This document shows positions 39,510 through 49,203 of a DNA stretch of 64,000 bases, piece by piece. Position 1 is the stretch's first letter; the number at the start of each line of letters is the position of its first letter. Origin of the DNA: Oceanispirochaeta sp. (lineage in GTDB: Bacteria > Spirochaetota > Spirochaetia > DSM-2461). Where the stretch lies: NCBI GenBank assembly GCA_963666275.2, contig CAXXOA010000001.1:2240001-2304000 (forward strand). Direction: 5' to 3'. The notes beneath the pieces are model-generated. The model did no database searches. It was not told where the DNA came from and was given only the letters and a program-made list of their open reading frames with translations. The translations under genes and the position numbers were made by a program.

Positions 39510-40979
39510 TCAGGACCCGATGTAGGGGGTAATTTTGTCGAACTCACCGAAGGGACTGATTTCTTCACCACCCGAATGGTATACCCTGACTTCAAAATGG
39601 AGATGGGGCCCTGTAGAGCGGCCCGAGTTCCCGATCTGTCCCAGCACATCCCCTGTCCGAACAGACTCACCGGGTTCGTTGGTTGCAGGATCCTTCATGT
39701 GGGCGTAGAAGGTTGTCCAGAAACGGGCATCCGGATACTGGGCAAGGACCTCATCATTGACCTCGTGCCTGACTTCCACATGCCATCCGTAGACATAGTC
39801 GAATCCAGTATCCAGGACGGCTCCATCGTAGGATGACAGGATCCTTCCTGGTTTGGTCTCATCCCGGACAATATCATTGGACCGGGAAATTCTGACAATA
39901 TTATCCAGATTGATAATATCCACAGCATGATGGGGTTTGACCCCGCCATACCCCAGCGGCGAGAGACGCCTCTCGATGTATCCGCTTGAAATCATAAAGT
40001 TCGTGGTATTATCGACCCCGGTACCGGCATCCACCGGAAGCTTCATTCCTGAAAAGACAGGCTCGAAATTCCCCATGGAGAGGTAATTGGCCTTGTCTGT
40101 TGCCATCAGGGTTTCCGCCTGGGCATTATTCTCGGGAAGCCGGGACATCTGAAACACCATCTCTCCGTAGGTTTCCGACTGATCCACTTTATCTGCCAGA
40201 AAGAGGTAGGCATTTTTTCGTGAACTGCTTGACCGGGGAAACTGGGAGGCCAGCCATCTGAGATTCATGGCTGTCTGCTTTCTGTTGAAAAGAAAGGCTT
40301 CTCTCTCATGAAACACTTCACTTTTAAGACCGTCCAGCTCCGTGCTGACACGGGTCAGTTCAAAAGTGAGATCCTCAATGGATTTTGTACTGCTCTGCGC
40401 TGAACTCTGTATGGAACTGTTCAGGGTGTAAACTGTTTTGAGCATTCTCCCGTACTGCATGGAACTGATAAAAACCGTAAGAAAGAGTCCCGCCATGATC
40501 AGACCGGCTGCCGCCAGAGTGAAAACACGGGAAGATTTCCTGTGCAGAATCGTATTGACGGCTCCCAGTGCCTGAGTCTGAACAGGCACGGGAATTTCAT
40601 ATCTCCCCGGTGAGTTGTGCAGTATGCCGCCCAGACGGTCCAGAAGATCCATCAGTTCAAGATCGATAATATCATCAGTGACAGCCAGGCTGTTTTTATC
40701 TGCTTTCAGAAGCTTCCAGTGCTCCTGTTCTTCCGTAAAGAACCAGTGTCTGTGGGTATAGTGGTCCCTGTCTACCGGAATAATCTGCTCATCGATCAGA
40801 ATTTTCCTGTCGGGAAGCAGAGATAGAGAGAGTGCATAGGTGCAGGTTTCACCATTGAGCAGTTTTTCATCTTTTTTCCGGATATGGAAATTCTCTTTTT
40901 CCTCCAGAATATGAAAAACTGTACGGCAGATCCGTTCTGCTACGGAAGCTGTATTATTTGAATTTTCCGCTGTACTCAT
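39510..40979 (-). CDS. Membrane-anchored M23 metallopeptidase with coiled-coil stalk
   Basis: Central TM and coiled coil, then HHAVD, YAHM and GNSGRSTGPHLHFEV. Confidence 0.85.
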   Translation of the reverse strand: MSTAENSNNTASVAERICRTVFHILEEKENFHIRKKDEKLLNGETCTYALSLSLLPDRKILIDEQIIPVDRDHYTHRHWFFTEEQEHWKLLKADKNSLAVTDDIIDLELMDLLDRLGGILHNSPGRYEIPVPVQTQALGAVNTILHRKSSRVFTLAAAGLIMAGLFLTVFISSMQYGRMLKTVYTLNSSIQSSAQSSTKSIEDLTFELTRVSTELDGLKSEVFHEREAFLFNRKQTAMNLRWLASQFPRSSSSRKNAYLFLADKVDQSETYGEMVFQMSRLPENNAQAETLMATDKANYLSMGNFEPVFSGMKLPVDAGTGVDNTTNFMISSGYIERRLSPLGYGGVKPHHAVDIINLDNIVRISRSNDIVRDETKPGRILSSYDGAVLDTGFDYVYGWHVEVRHEVNDEVLAQYPDARFWTTFYAHMKDPATNEPGESVRTGDVLGQIGNSGRSTGPHLHFEVRVYHSGGEEISPFGEFDKITPYIGS

Positions 40980-41153
40980 AAACTCCTATTCCTCAATTAT
41001 TGCGGAAAAAAGAATAGAATTTTTTATTCGTCGGCTTCAAGGTGAGAGAGGGGTAAATTCATATATTTCCTGATAAAAAAAAGAATAAAACAAAATTCCC
41101 ATGATTGAACCTTACAATATTTAAGGAAAAACCATGGGAACTTCACATGAATT

Positions 41154-42194
41154 TCAAAGAGAATTATAAGCTGTTTCCAGCAGACTCTCCGTGGTCTCCA
41201 TGGAAATACAGGCATCTGTAATGGATACGCCGTATGTCATATCCTTCAGAGAACCTGATATTTTCTGACTTCCCTCGTGAAGATTGCTTTCAAGCATAAA
41301 ACCCACAATGGAGTCTCTTCCCCGGCGTCTCTGATCAAGGATGGCATTGAGAACCCGTTCCTGCCTGTAGTATTTCTTACCCGAATTGGCATGACTGCAG
41401 TCAATCAGAACCACAGGATTGAGCCCCTCTTTTATAAGAGCCTCTTCGGCATCTTCGATCTTTTCCTCGTAATAATTGGGGCCGTGCTTCCCTCCGCGGA
41501 GGATGGGATGACCCGTTTTATTTCCTTTTGTATTGAGAACACAGGTCTGCCCTTTTTTATCAATACCAATGAAACTGTGGGGATGCATGGCCGATTTCAT
41601 TCCGTTGATTGCCACGTCCAGACTACCATCGGTTCCGTTCTTGAACCCCACAGGCATGGACAGGCCGCTGGTGAGCTCCCTGTGGGTTTGGGATTCGGTG
41701 GTACGGGCTCCGATCGCGGCCCAGGAAATCAGATCTGAAATGTACTGGGGGACGATGGGATCCAGAATTTCAGATCCTGCCGGGAGCCCCAGAGAGTTGA
41801 TATCCAGAAGGAGTTTTCTGGCTTTGCGCAGCCCCTCTTCCAGTTTATAGCTCCCGTTCAGATCGGGATCAAGGATGAGACCTCTCCATCCCAGAGCTGT
41901 TCTGGGTTTTTCAAAATAGACACGCATTATAATATTGAGCTTATCGCTGTATTTATCTCTGAGATCCTTCAGCCGCCCGGCATAGTCCATGGCCGCCGCC
42001 GGATCATGAATGGAACAGGGACCGACAATCGCCAGCATTCTCTTATCCCTTTTTTCCAGAATATCAGTGATCTCATTTCTATAATTGACGATGGATTTTT
42101 TCAGATCATCACTGACAGGTAACTCTTTTTTCAGTGTATCCGGTGCCGCAAGGGGTTGGATAGATGATATGTTAACATCATTCAATTTTTCCAT
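41154..42194 (-). CDS. aroG: DAHP synthase (class I-alpha, AroF/G/H type)
   Basis: GPCSIHD, RVYFEKPRT, IGARTTESQTHR, GFKNGT, DCSHANS and SITDAC. Start refined to ATG 42194; feedback class not determined. Confidence 0.9.
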   Translation of the reverse strand: MEKLNDVNISSIQPLAAPDTLKKELPVSDDLKKSIVNYRNEITDILEKRDKRMLAIVGPCSIHDPAAAMDYAGRLKDLRDKYSDKLNIIMRVYFEKPRTALGWRGLILDPDLNGSYKLEEGLRKARKLLLDINSLGLPAGSEILDPIVPQYISDLISWAAIGARTTESQTHRELTSGLSMPVGFKNGTDGSLDVAINGMKSAMHPHSFIGIDKKGQTCVLNTKGNKTGHPILRGGKHGPNYYEEKIEDAEEALIKEGLNPVVLIDCSHANSGKKYYRQERVLNAILDQRRRGRDSIVGFMLESNLHEGSQKISGSLKDMTYGVSITDACISMETTESLLETAYNSL

Positions 42195-42285
42195 TATAAA
42201 TAGAACTCCTCTCCAGCCCTTGATAAAAATCAGTGGAGGCTGTAGAAAATAACATGGTATAAATTTATAAAAATAGCAATAGTGT

Positions 42286-42301
42286 CCGACTGCGCAGTCG
42301 G
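42286..42301. promoter_or_regulatory. Perfect 16-bp palindrome between the divergent DAHP synthase and nagZ genes
   Basis: CCGACTGCGCAGTCGG. Confidence 0.45.
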
Positions 42302-42317
42302 TGTTCCGGAGCAAGTT

Positions 42318-43625
42318 TTGAAGCCATATTTTTTCATTTTCACACTACTCGTTTTTCTCCTTTACTCCTGTACCTCCACGGGAAGCGGAAATCTGAAGGA
42401 ATTTCCCGATGATCCCATGGGAACGGGAAAATCTTCATCCGCCGGGATGACTGAAAAACAGAAAGCTGCTCTGGAAGAGGAAAAACTGAGGCTGAGAGCT
42501 CTCAGCATAATCTCGGATATGACGCTGGATGAGAAAATCGGCCAGCTTTTTATTCTGGCCATGCGTCATACCTCCAATGGAAAACCGGCCCTTCAGATGG
42601 ATGACTACCTTGCCTCCTATATCCGCCGATACTCCCCGGGAGGCATCATCCTTTTCTCCATCAATTTCGCGACTCCCGAGCAGACCAGGCAGCTTATCCT
42701 CGATCTGCAGAATACAAGCCCCTACCCGCTGTTTGTTACAACCGACGAAGAGGGAGGCAGAGTCTCCCGTCTGGGCAAACAGGAGAATATGAATGTCATA
42801 TCCCTTCCTCCCGCAGCTGATCTGGCGGCAATGGGCGATCCTGCACTGGTGGAGGAAGCCTCTTCCGTCCTGGCGGCAGATCTGAGAGATCTGGGATTCA
42901 ATATGAACATGGCCCCCGTAGCGGATATCACACGGAACATCCCTCCGGATATCATCGGAACCAGATCTTTCGGCAGGGATCCCGAACAGACCGGGACCTT
43001 TGTGGCTTCGGCTGTGGCAGGGTTTCAGAAAAATCATATAGCCAGCGTTCTCAAGCATTTTCCGGGCCATGGCTTTGTCAACGGAGATACCCATACGGGG
43101 ATGGTCAAAGCCAGAGGAGATAAAAACGAGTTTGAAACTGTGGATTTCATTCCTTTTATAAAAGGCATCGAAGCGGGTACGGACTGCATCATGACAGCCC
43201 ATATCCAGGCGCCTGCCCTGACCGGGAACGACGAACCCGCGTCACTTTCCCGGGAGATCCAGACAGGAGTCCTGAGACAGCAGCTGGGATTCAGGGGAAT
43301 CATCCTCACCGACGCCATGGATATGGGAGCCATTTCCCGCTACTGGACTCCCGGAGAAGCGGCTCTGAAAGCCTTTCTGGCCGGATCAGACATCATTTTA
43401 ATGCCTGCCAGCATACCAGAAGCCCGGGAATCTCTGAAAAAGGCCTATCTTGAGGGAGTCATCAGCAATGAACGGCTCAATGATTCCCTGATCCGTATTA
43501 TTACAGCCAAAATACGCCGGGGCCTCTTTGAGGAATCCCCTGTCTATATTGAAAGGATTTCCTCAGAAACCAAAGATAGAAATCATGAGCTCCTTTTAAA
43601 AAACCTTAATTTGACGCCAAAATAA
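42318..43625 (+). CDS. nagZ: GH3 beta-N-acetylhexosaminidase, lipoprotein
   Basis: DEEGGRVSRL, APVAD, KHFPGHG..GDTH and TDAMDMGA; lipobox LLYS-C; TTG 42318 follows GGAG. Confidence 0.82.
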   Translation: MKPYFFIFTLLVFLLYSCTSTGSGNLKEFPDDPMGTGKSSSAGMTEKQKAALEEEKLRLRALSIISDMTLDEKIGQLFILAMRHTSNGKPALQMDDYLASYIRRYSPGGIILFSINFATPEQTRQLILDLQNTSPYPLFVTTDEEGGRVSRLGKQENMNVISLPPAADLAAMGDPALVEEASSVLAADLRDLGFNMNMAPVADITRNIPPDIIGTRSFGRDPEQTGTFVASAVAGFQKNHIASVLKHFPGHGFVNGDTHTGMVKARGDKNEFETVDFIPFIKGIEAGTDCIMTAHIQAPALTGNDEPASLSREIQTGVLRQQLGFRGIILTDAMDMGAISRYWTPGEAALKAFLAGSDIILMPASIPEARESLKKAYLEGVISNERLNDSLIRIITAKIRRGLFEESPVYIERISSETKDRNHELLLKNLNLTPK

Positions 43626-43700
43626 GCAAATCCGATACACTTCTTATATTTAAACCTCAAAATTAACGGCTAAAACCATCAAAATAGATTTATTTTCTTA

Positions 43701-43729
43701 TTGACCCCTGAAATAATATTAACTAATAT
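43701..43729 (+). promoter_or_regulatory. Sigma70-type promoter of ilvBN
   Basis: TTGACC-17 nt-TAATAT. Confidence 0.6.
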
Positions 43730-43757
43730 GAATGAATCTATATGTCATGGAGGCATT

Positions 43758-45473
43758 ATGAACAAAAAACAATGTACTGCCGCCGAAAAAATGATTGAGA
43801 TCCTGCAGCAGCAGGGAGTGGAATACATTTTCGGACTCCCCGGTGGGAACGCCATTCCCATTTACGATGCCCTGGCTCAATCATCTATGAAACTTGTTTT
43901 AACCAGGCACGAACAGGGAGCCACACATATGGCTGACGGATATGCCAGAACCACGGGAAAACCCGGAGTTGTTCTTGTCACTTCCGGCCCGGGAGCAACA
44001 AATACTCTGACGGGAATTATGACAGCCATGATGGATTCAGTTCCCATGATTGTTATCTGCGGGCAGCAGCTGACAACGAACCTCGGCCTTGATACATTCC
44101 AGGAAGCCGATGTTTCCGGTATGTCCTATCCGATTGTCAAACACTCTTTCCTTGTGAAAAATCCCGAGGAGCTTCCGTCAATCATCAACCAGGCTTTTCA
44201 CATATCCAGCACCGGACGTCCCGGTCCTGTGATTGTTGATATACCCAAGGATATCTCCAGTGCGATGATTTCAAGGGATACAAGCGGAGAGTTTTCCCTT
44301 CCCGGTTACAATCCCTACAAAGAGATCGACCAGGAGAGCATCAAGACCGCCGCAGCTATGATTTCCGAGGCACAGAGACCTATTCTCCTTGTCGGCCATG
44401 GCGCTGTCATATCCGGTGCCTTCAAAGAGGTACAGTCTCTTGTGGAGAAGATGCAGATCCCTGTGACCAACACCATGCTGGGCAAGGGCTGTTTTCCCGA
44501 AAGCCATGAACTGAACCTGGGGATGCCGGGAATGCATGGAACAGCCTATGCAAACAAAGCTCTGTGCGAAACAGACCTGATTATATCCGTCGGAGCCCGA
44601 TGGGATGACAGAATTGCGGGAAATCCCGAACTCTTCTGCCCCCAGGCAAAGAAAATCCATATCGATATTGATCCTGTGGAGATAAACAAAACCGTACAGG
44701 TTGACTGCTCTATCGTGGGCGATGCCAGAGCGGTGCTGGACTCCCTCTACGGTTATGTGGAGAAAGGCAATACCCAGCGATGGATCAAACAGATTAAGCG
44801 TCTGAAAAGAGAATTCCCCCTGAAATACAAAAAAGAGGGAAAACTCAGGGCTCAGCATGTGATCGAAGAGATGTACAAACTCACCGGAGGAGAGGCGATC
44901 GTCACCACCGATGTGGGTCAGCATCAGATGTGGGCCGCCCAGTTCTTCAAAACTGAAAAAAGCCGGTACTGGGTTTCTTCAGGAGGCGCCGGTACCATGG
45001 GATTCGGATTTCCCGCGGCGATCGGAGCCCAGCTGGCTCACCCTGATAAAGTAGTGGTCGCCGTTGTGGGAGACGGGGGATTCCAGATGACTCTCCCCGA
45101 ACTTTCAACTGCAGTGAACGAGAAACTGCCGATTAAAATCCTTGTAATCAACAACAATTACCTGGGAATGGTCCGGCAGTGGCAGCATATGTTCTATGAG
45201 AACCGCCTTTCCGGCGTTGACCTGGAGGGAAATCCCGACTTTGTCAAACTGGCATCAGCCTACGGCATGAAAGGGTTCCGTGTAAAACGGAGCGCCGATG
45301 TGAGAAAGGTCCTCAATGCGGCACTGGCCTACAATGACGGTCCCTGCATCATCGATGCGGAAGTGGAACAGCACGACAATGTATTCCCCATGGTTCCCTC
45401 GGGAGCCACACTGGATAAAATGCTTCTAACCATGCCCAGGAAAAAGCTGGATAAACCTACGGGAGGAACCTGA
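43758..45473 (+). CDS. ilvB: Acetolactate synthase large subunit
   Basis: [35 protein letters not shown] and GMVRQWQ; ATG 43758 follows GGAGG. Confidence 0.95.
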   Translation: MNKKQCTAAEKMIEILQQQGVEYIFGLPGGNAIPIYDALAQSSMKLVLTRHEQGATHMADGYARTTGKPGVVLVTSGPGATNTLTGIMTAMMDSVPMIVICGQQLTTNLGLDTFQEADVSGMSYPIVKHSFLVKNPEELPSIINQAFHISSTGRPGPVIVDIPKDISSAMISRDTSGEFSLPGYNPYKEIDQESIKTAAAMISEAQRPILLVGHGAVISGAFKEVQSLVEKMQIPVTNTMLGKGCFPESHELNLGMPGMHGTAYANKALCETDLIISVGARWDDRIAGNPELFCPQAKKIHIDIDPVEINKTVQVDCSIVGDARAVLDSLYGYVEKGNTQRWIKQIKRLKREFPLKYKKEGKLRAQHVIEEMYKLTGGEAIVTTDVGQHQMWAAQFFKTEKSRYWVSSGGAGTMGFGFPAAIGAQLAHPDKVVVAVVGDGGFQMTLPELSTAVNEKLPIKILVINNNYLGMVRQWQHMFYENRLSGVDLEGNPDFVKLASAYGMKGFRVKRSADVRKVLNAALAYNDGPCIIDAEVEQHDNVFPMVPSGATLDKMLLTMPRKKLDKPTGGT

Positions 45474-45979
45474 TGAGTCAAGTACAGGGAAAGCATAATA
45501 TCAGTCTATACGTAGAGAATAAACCTGGCGTGACAATCCGGATTGCCCTTGTTTTCGCCAGAAGAGGTTACAACATCGAGAGCTTCGTAGGCTCTCCCTC
45601 ACAGGATCCCCGCTATTCCAGGATCAACATCGAGGCAACCGGGGATTCCCGGACCCTACATCTGATGCTGGAGCAGCTGAACCGCCTGGTGGACGTCATT
45701 CATGCCAGAGAGTACTCGGATGAAGATGTGATCCAGAAGGAACTTGCCCTGATCAAGGTCCATTGTGCCAGCGAATCCCGGACGGAGATACTGCAGATTG
45801 CGGACGCATTCAAATGCCGCAGTGTGGATATAAGCGATACCACCATGACATTTCAGGTCACCGGCAGTTCCTCAAAAATTGATGCAGTAAGAAAGATGCT
45901 CGATAAATTCGGCATTCTGGAAGTGGTGAGAACCGGAAAAGTTCTGATTGCCAGGGGAGAAGAAGAGACTTCCTGGTAG
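45473..45979 (+). CDS. ilvN: Acetolactate synthase small subunit
   Basis: ENKPGV..FARRGYNIES ACT domain, ELALIKV and EVVRTG; TGATG-coupled to ilvB. Confidence 0.95.
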   Translation: MSQVQGKHNISLYVENKPGVTIRIALVFARRGYNIESFVGSPSQDPRYSRINIEATGDSRTLHLMLEQLNRLVDVIHAREYSDEDVIQKELALIKVHCASESRTEILQIADAFKCRSVDISDTTMTFQVTGSSSKIDAVRKMLDKFGILEVVRTGKVLIARGEEETSW

Positions 45980-46036
45980 TCGGATCCCACCGGCTTACAT
46001 ATAATTAGATTAGTTTAACGGTTTCTATCTCAAATT

Positions 46037-46080
46037 GGAGCTGCTTTTCAGATTCAGGCCTGAAATGCAGCTCCTTTTTT
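46037..46080 (+). terminator. Intrinsic terminator after ilvBN
   Basis: GGAGCTGC ... GCAGCTCC followed by TTTTTT. Confidence 0.7.
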
Positions 46081-46148
46081 ACTTCATACCTAAAGAGAAT
46101 ACGCCGAGAATTTGAAAGTCAGACTGTTTTAGGAGGCACTGTAGAACT

Positions 46149-47174
46149 ATGAAAAAATTGACAACCCTTATGCTGTTGTTTGCCATACCCTTTCTTATCT
46201 TTACTCAGGAAGAGGAAGGGCAGTTAAGCGGCAGCTTTACAATTTACGACAGCCAGAGCTATCAGCCAGTGTATATAAACAGCGACGGCGGCTGGACCGA
46301 TATAGGGCAGGTCTACTCCCAGGAGATTAAAAACCTGCTCCCCCCGGCTCCGGGAACCCTGAGAAAATGGCGGCTTAAAACAACCTACATAGATGAATCC
46401 ACACAGGGACAGAGCACCCTCCAGATAAAACTGCGCCAGTCCAGCGACAGGAGTCCGGTCTTTACCCTGCCCTGGACCGAACAGGGATCCCGATGGCAGG
46501 AAAAGAACAGCAACTGGTATATTCCCTATACCAAAAACGGCTCGCTCATCGACAACAACGCCACCCTTTCGGTAAGACTCATAGCACCTCCCCGTTCTTC
46601 AAGCCCCGGCAAGGTTTACAGAATTGAACTGGAAGCCTGGGACTTTACAGACGACGGGGCGGAGGAAGCCGGAGGATCTCCGGAACTGAGGATGGCATTT
46701 TCCTCTCCCACAGCCCTGATGAGCCCGGATCCGATGAGGACAAGAGAGTCCAGGGAAACCTCAGAAAACGACAGAGAACAGGCCCTGGCTTTTTCACTTG
46801 AATTTGTAAGATACAATATTGAAGGCAATCTGCCGGGATTCTATAAATCCCTGGATGACCAGATTCATATTCTCAATACGGGACTGAGTCAGTCCCGCTA
46901 CAGAGTGGCTCCTCCGGCTTCGGATCTGAGCAGCTATTCCCTGGGAGATTACAAGAACAGCTACCGCTATCATCTGTACAGCTATGATGACTATGCGGCT
47001 CTCTTCCCCGAATGGGTTGATCCGGAGAAAAACTGGACTCCCGACAGGAACTGCTATCTCTTTCTGGGAACCGAAGTGAAATTCGGCCGGGAAGACTTTA
47101 TGAATGGTCAGAACCTTGTATTCATGGTGGAGTTCATCGACGGGGAATGGAAGATCACAGGGATTCCGGAGTAG
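46149..47174 (+). CDS. Exported hypothetical protein
   Basis: MKK-type signal peptide and AGGAGG RBS. The C-terminus (..VEFIDGEWKITG) resembles an NTF2-like end. Confidence 0.7.
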   Translation: MKKLTTLMLLFAIPFLIFTQEEEGQLSGSFTIYDSQSYQPVYINSDGGWTDIGQVYSQEIKNLLPPAPGTLRKWRLKTTYIDESTQGQSTLQIKLRQSSDRSPVFTLPWTEQGSRWQEKNSNWYIPYTKNGSLIDNNATLSVRLIAPPRSSSPGKVYRIELEAWDFTDDGAEEAGGSPELRMAFSSPTALMSPDPMRTRESRETSENDREQALAFSLEFVRYNIEGNLPGFYKSLDDQIHILNTGLSQSRYRVAPPASDLSSYSLGDYKNSYRYHLYSYDDYAALFPEWVDPEKNWTPDRNCYLFLGTEVKFGREDFMNGQNLVFMVEFIDGEWKITGIPE

Positions 47175-48066
47175 CCGGTTCCGATTCACAGACTTCCGGT
47201 TCGGGCCAGAAACGGGAGGGATCTTCCGGTCTTTCCAGGGAGATCCGTCCCAGTATACCTGCTCTGAGCTCTTTCAGAACAAGCCGGGAGGATCGTTCAT
47301 AATCCACAGCGCCCCCGCTGATAAGCAGGCCCCTGTTCCTACCGATCAGATTGATCAGTTCATCGGGTTTGCAGCTCATCCCCCGGGTATCCTCAACGGA
47401 CAGTTTATACCTCCTGGCGATAAGCTCAGGGTACTGTTCCTTCAGATAGCCCAGCAGGGCAAAAGCGATATCATCCAGGTGGAGTATGGCATCTTTGATG
47501 GAGCCCAGAGCCGCCAGTTTCATCCCTACCACCTGATCATCAAATTTATGCCACAATAATCCGGGTGTATCAAATATCTGGAGTTCCCTGCTAACGGGAA
47601 CCCTCTGCATATCCTTGGTCACACCGGGCTGATTGGCCGCCTGCGCCTTCTTCCTTCCCGCCAGAGTATTGATGACTGTGGATTTCCCCACATTCGGAAT
47701 TCCCACAATCATGGCTTTCACAGGCCTGCGGTTGATCCATTTTTTTTCACGGCAGAGCTTGCGGCACTCACCGGGTACGGATTTCAGACTTTTCTGGCTC
47801 GTCGAGTTCACAGACAGGGCACTCACATCGCTGCGGGACATGAAATACCGGACCCATTCGTCGGTAACCGCGGGATCGGCCAGATCCGATTTGTTCAGAA
47901 GGACCAGCCTCGGCTTTCCTTCTGTGAGCTCATCAAGAAGAGGATTCCGGCTGGCAAGGGGAGCTCGGGCATCTAGAATTTCTATAACCATATCCACCTT
48001 TTTCAGGTTATCCCTGATAATCTTCTTGGTCTTGGTCATATGACCGGGAAACCATTGAATGGCCAT
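47155..48066 (-). CDS. rbgA: Ribosome biogenesis GTPase YlqF/RbgA
   Basis: IQWFPGHM, DARAP, NKSDL, GIPNVGKS, PGVT and DTPG. Confidence 0.95.
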   Translation of the reverse strand: MAIQWFPGHMTKTKKIIRDNLKKVDMVIEILDARAPLASRNPLLDELTEGKPRLVLLNKSDLADPAVTDEWVRYFMSRSDVSALSVNSTSQKSLKSVPGECRKLCREKKWINRRPVKAMIVGIPNVGKSTVINTLAGRKKAQAANQPGVTKDMQRVPVSRELQIFDTPGLLWHKFDDQVVGMKLAALGSIKDAILHLDDIAFALLGYLKEQYPELIARRYKLSVEDTRGMSCKPDELINLIGRNRGLLISGGAVDYERSSRLVLKELRAGILGRISLERPEDPSRFWPEPEVCESEPATPESL

Positions 48067-48201
48067 GTATTCCTCTCCTGGAGCCAATCCTCTTTCTTTC
48101 TGTCCCCAATCCCCTGCCCTTGTTCTTTCTGGAACGCAGTCCTTTCCGGAAGGCAGGAATGAATGATAACGGGGAAAAAAGTCGGGATATGGTGAAAATA
48201 T

Positions 48202-49203
48202 TTGAAATCAATGATAAACTATGCGGTATATTTTGACTATCGGGAGCAGCTTATCTTTTCGGAAAAACTCATCAGACTGATTAATGAAGAAGAGGGACGG
48301 GTATTTATCCAGACCCACAACTTTCCTGATCCTGATGCGGTATGCTCCGCTTTCGGCCTGAAGGAACTTCTCGAACAGAAAGGCATTCATACCGAAATTC
48401 TCTACGACGGAGAACTTCAGAGGGACTCGCTGATCCGGATGATTGCCGCCCTTGAAATCCCCCTCTATCACTGGAAACAGTACACTCTCACCGAAACAGA
48501 CAGAATCATCATAGTGGACGGCTGCAAGGGAAACTCCAATGTGGAAGATCTCACAGGAAATGAAATTGCCGTCATCGATCATCACAAAAGCAAAACCACC
48601 GAAGATGTCATACTGGCGGATATCCGGCCCGAATACGGCTCCTGTTCCACCATCATCAGCGAATACTACAGAGAACAGGAGATTGAACCCTCCCGTTCTG
48701 CAGCCTCAGCCCTGCTTATCGGCCTGGCCCGGGACACGGATCTGTACACCCGGGGTATGACTGAAATGGATCTGGATGCTTTTAAGCATCTTTTCAGATA
48801 CGCAGACAGAACCATCGTCAATGATATCCTGAGAAATAATATTCAGCTATCTGATCTGAAGTATTTCCGGTCTGTCATCGAAGAGATCCGCTATTACAAG
48901 GGGATTGCTTTCTGCTATCTGCCCGAAGGCTGTGCCCAGAATCTACTGGGCATACTGGGAGACTTTATCCTGTCTGTGAATGAAGTTCATTTTGTCTGTC
49001 TGTTTGCCCGCAACAACAATGATATAAACATATCCTTCCGGAACAATTCGCCCGATCTCCACGCTTCGGCTATCCTGAAAACCTTCCTGAACGGCAAGGG
49101 CCGTGGAGGGGGGCATAAAGAGATGGCGGGCGGCCAGATCCTGAACGTAATTGATCCCGACCCGGACGGCTGGTACAAAGAGCTGATGGCCCTTCTCAGC
49201 TGA
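48202..49203 (+). CDS. DHH/DHHA1 phosphoesterase
   Basis: HNFPDPDA, VDG, IDHH, DT and GGGH..AGG; start uncertain (TTG 48202 or ATG 48211). Confidence 0.88.
   Translation: MKSMINYAVYFDYREQLIFSEKLIRLINEEEGRVFIQTHNFPDPDAVCSAFGLKELLEQKGIHTEILYDGELQRDSLIRMIAALEIPLYHWKQYTLTETDRIIIVDGCKGNSNVEDLTGNEIAVIDHHKSKTTEDVILADIRPEYGSCSTIISEYYREQEIEPSRSAASALLIGLARDTDLYTRGMTEMDLDAFKHLFRYADRTIVNDILRNNIQLSDLKYFRSVIEEIRYYKGIAFCYLPEGCAQNLLGILGDFILSVNEVHFVCLFARNNNDINISFRNNSPDLHASAILKTFLNGKGRGGGHKEMAGGQILNVIDPDPDGWYKELMALLS

Noticed and set aside
43701..43757. N-terminal extension of ilvB from TTG 43701, and similar extensions of vorB, glyQS, aroG, hisI, arsC and the MCP
   Set aside because: The ilvB TTG is part of a -35 element. 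In each case a downstream ATG fits better, judged by RBS, overlap with the neighbouring gene or where family similarity begins.
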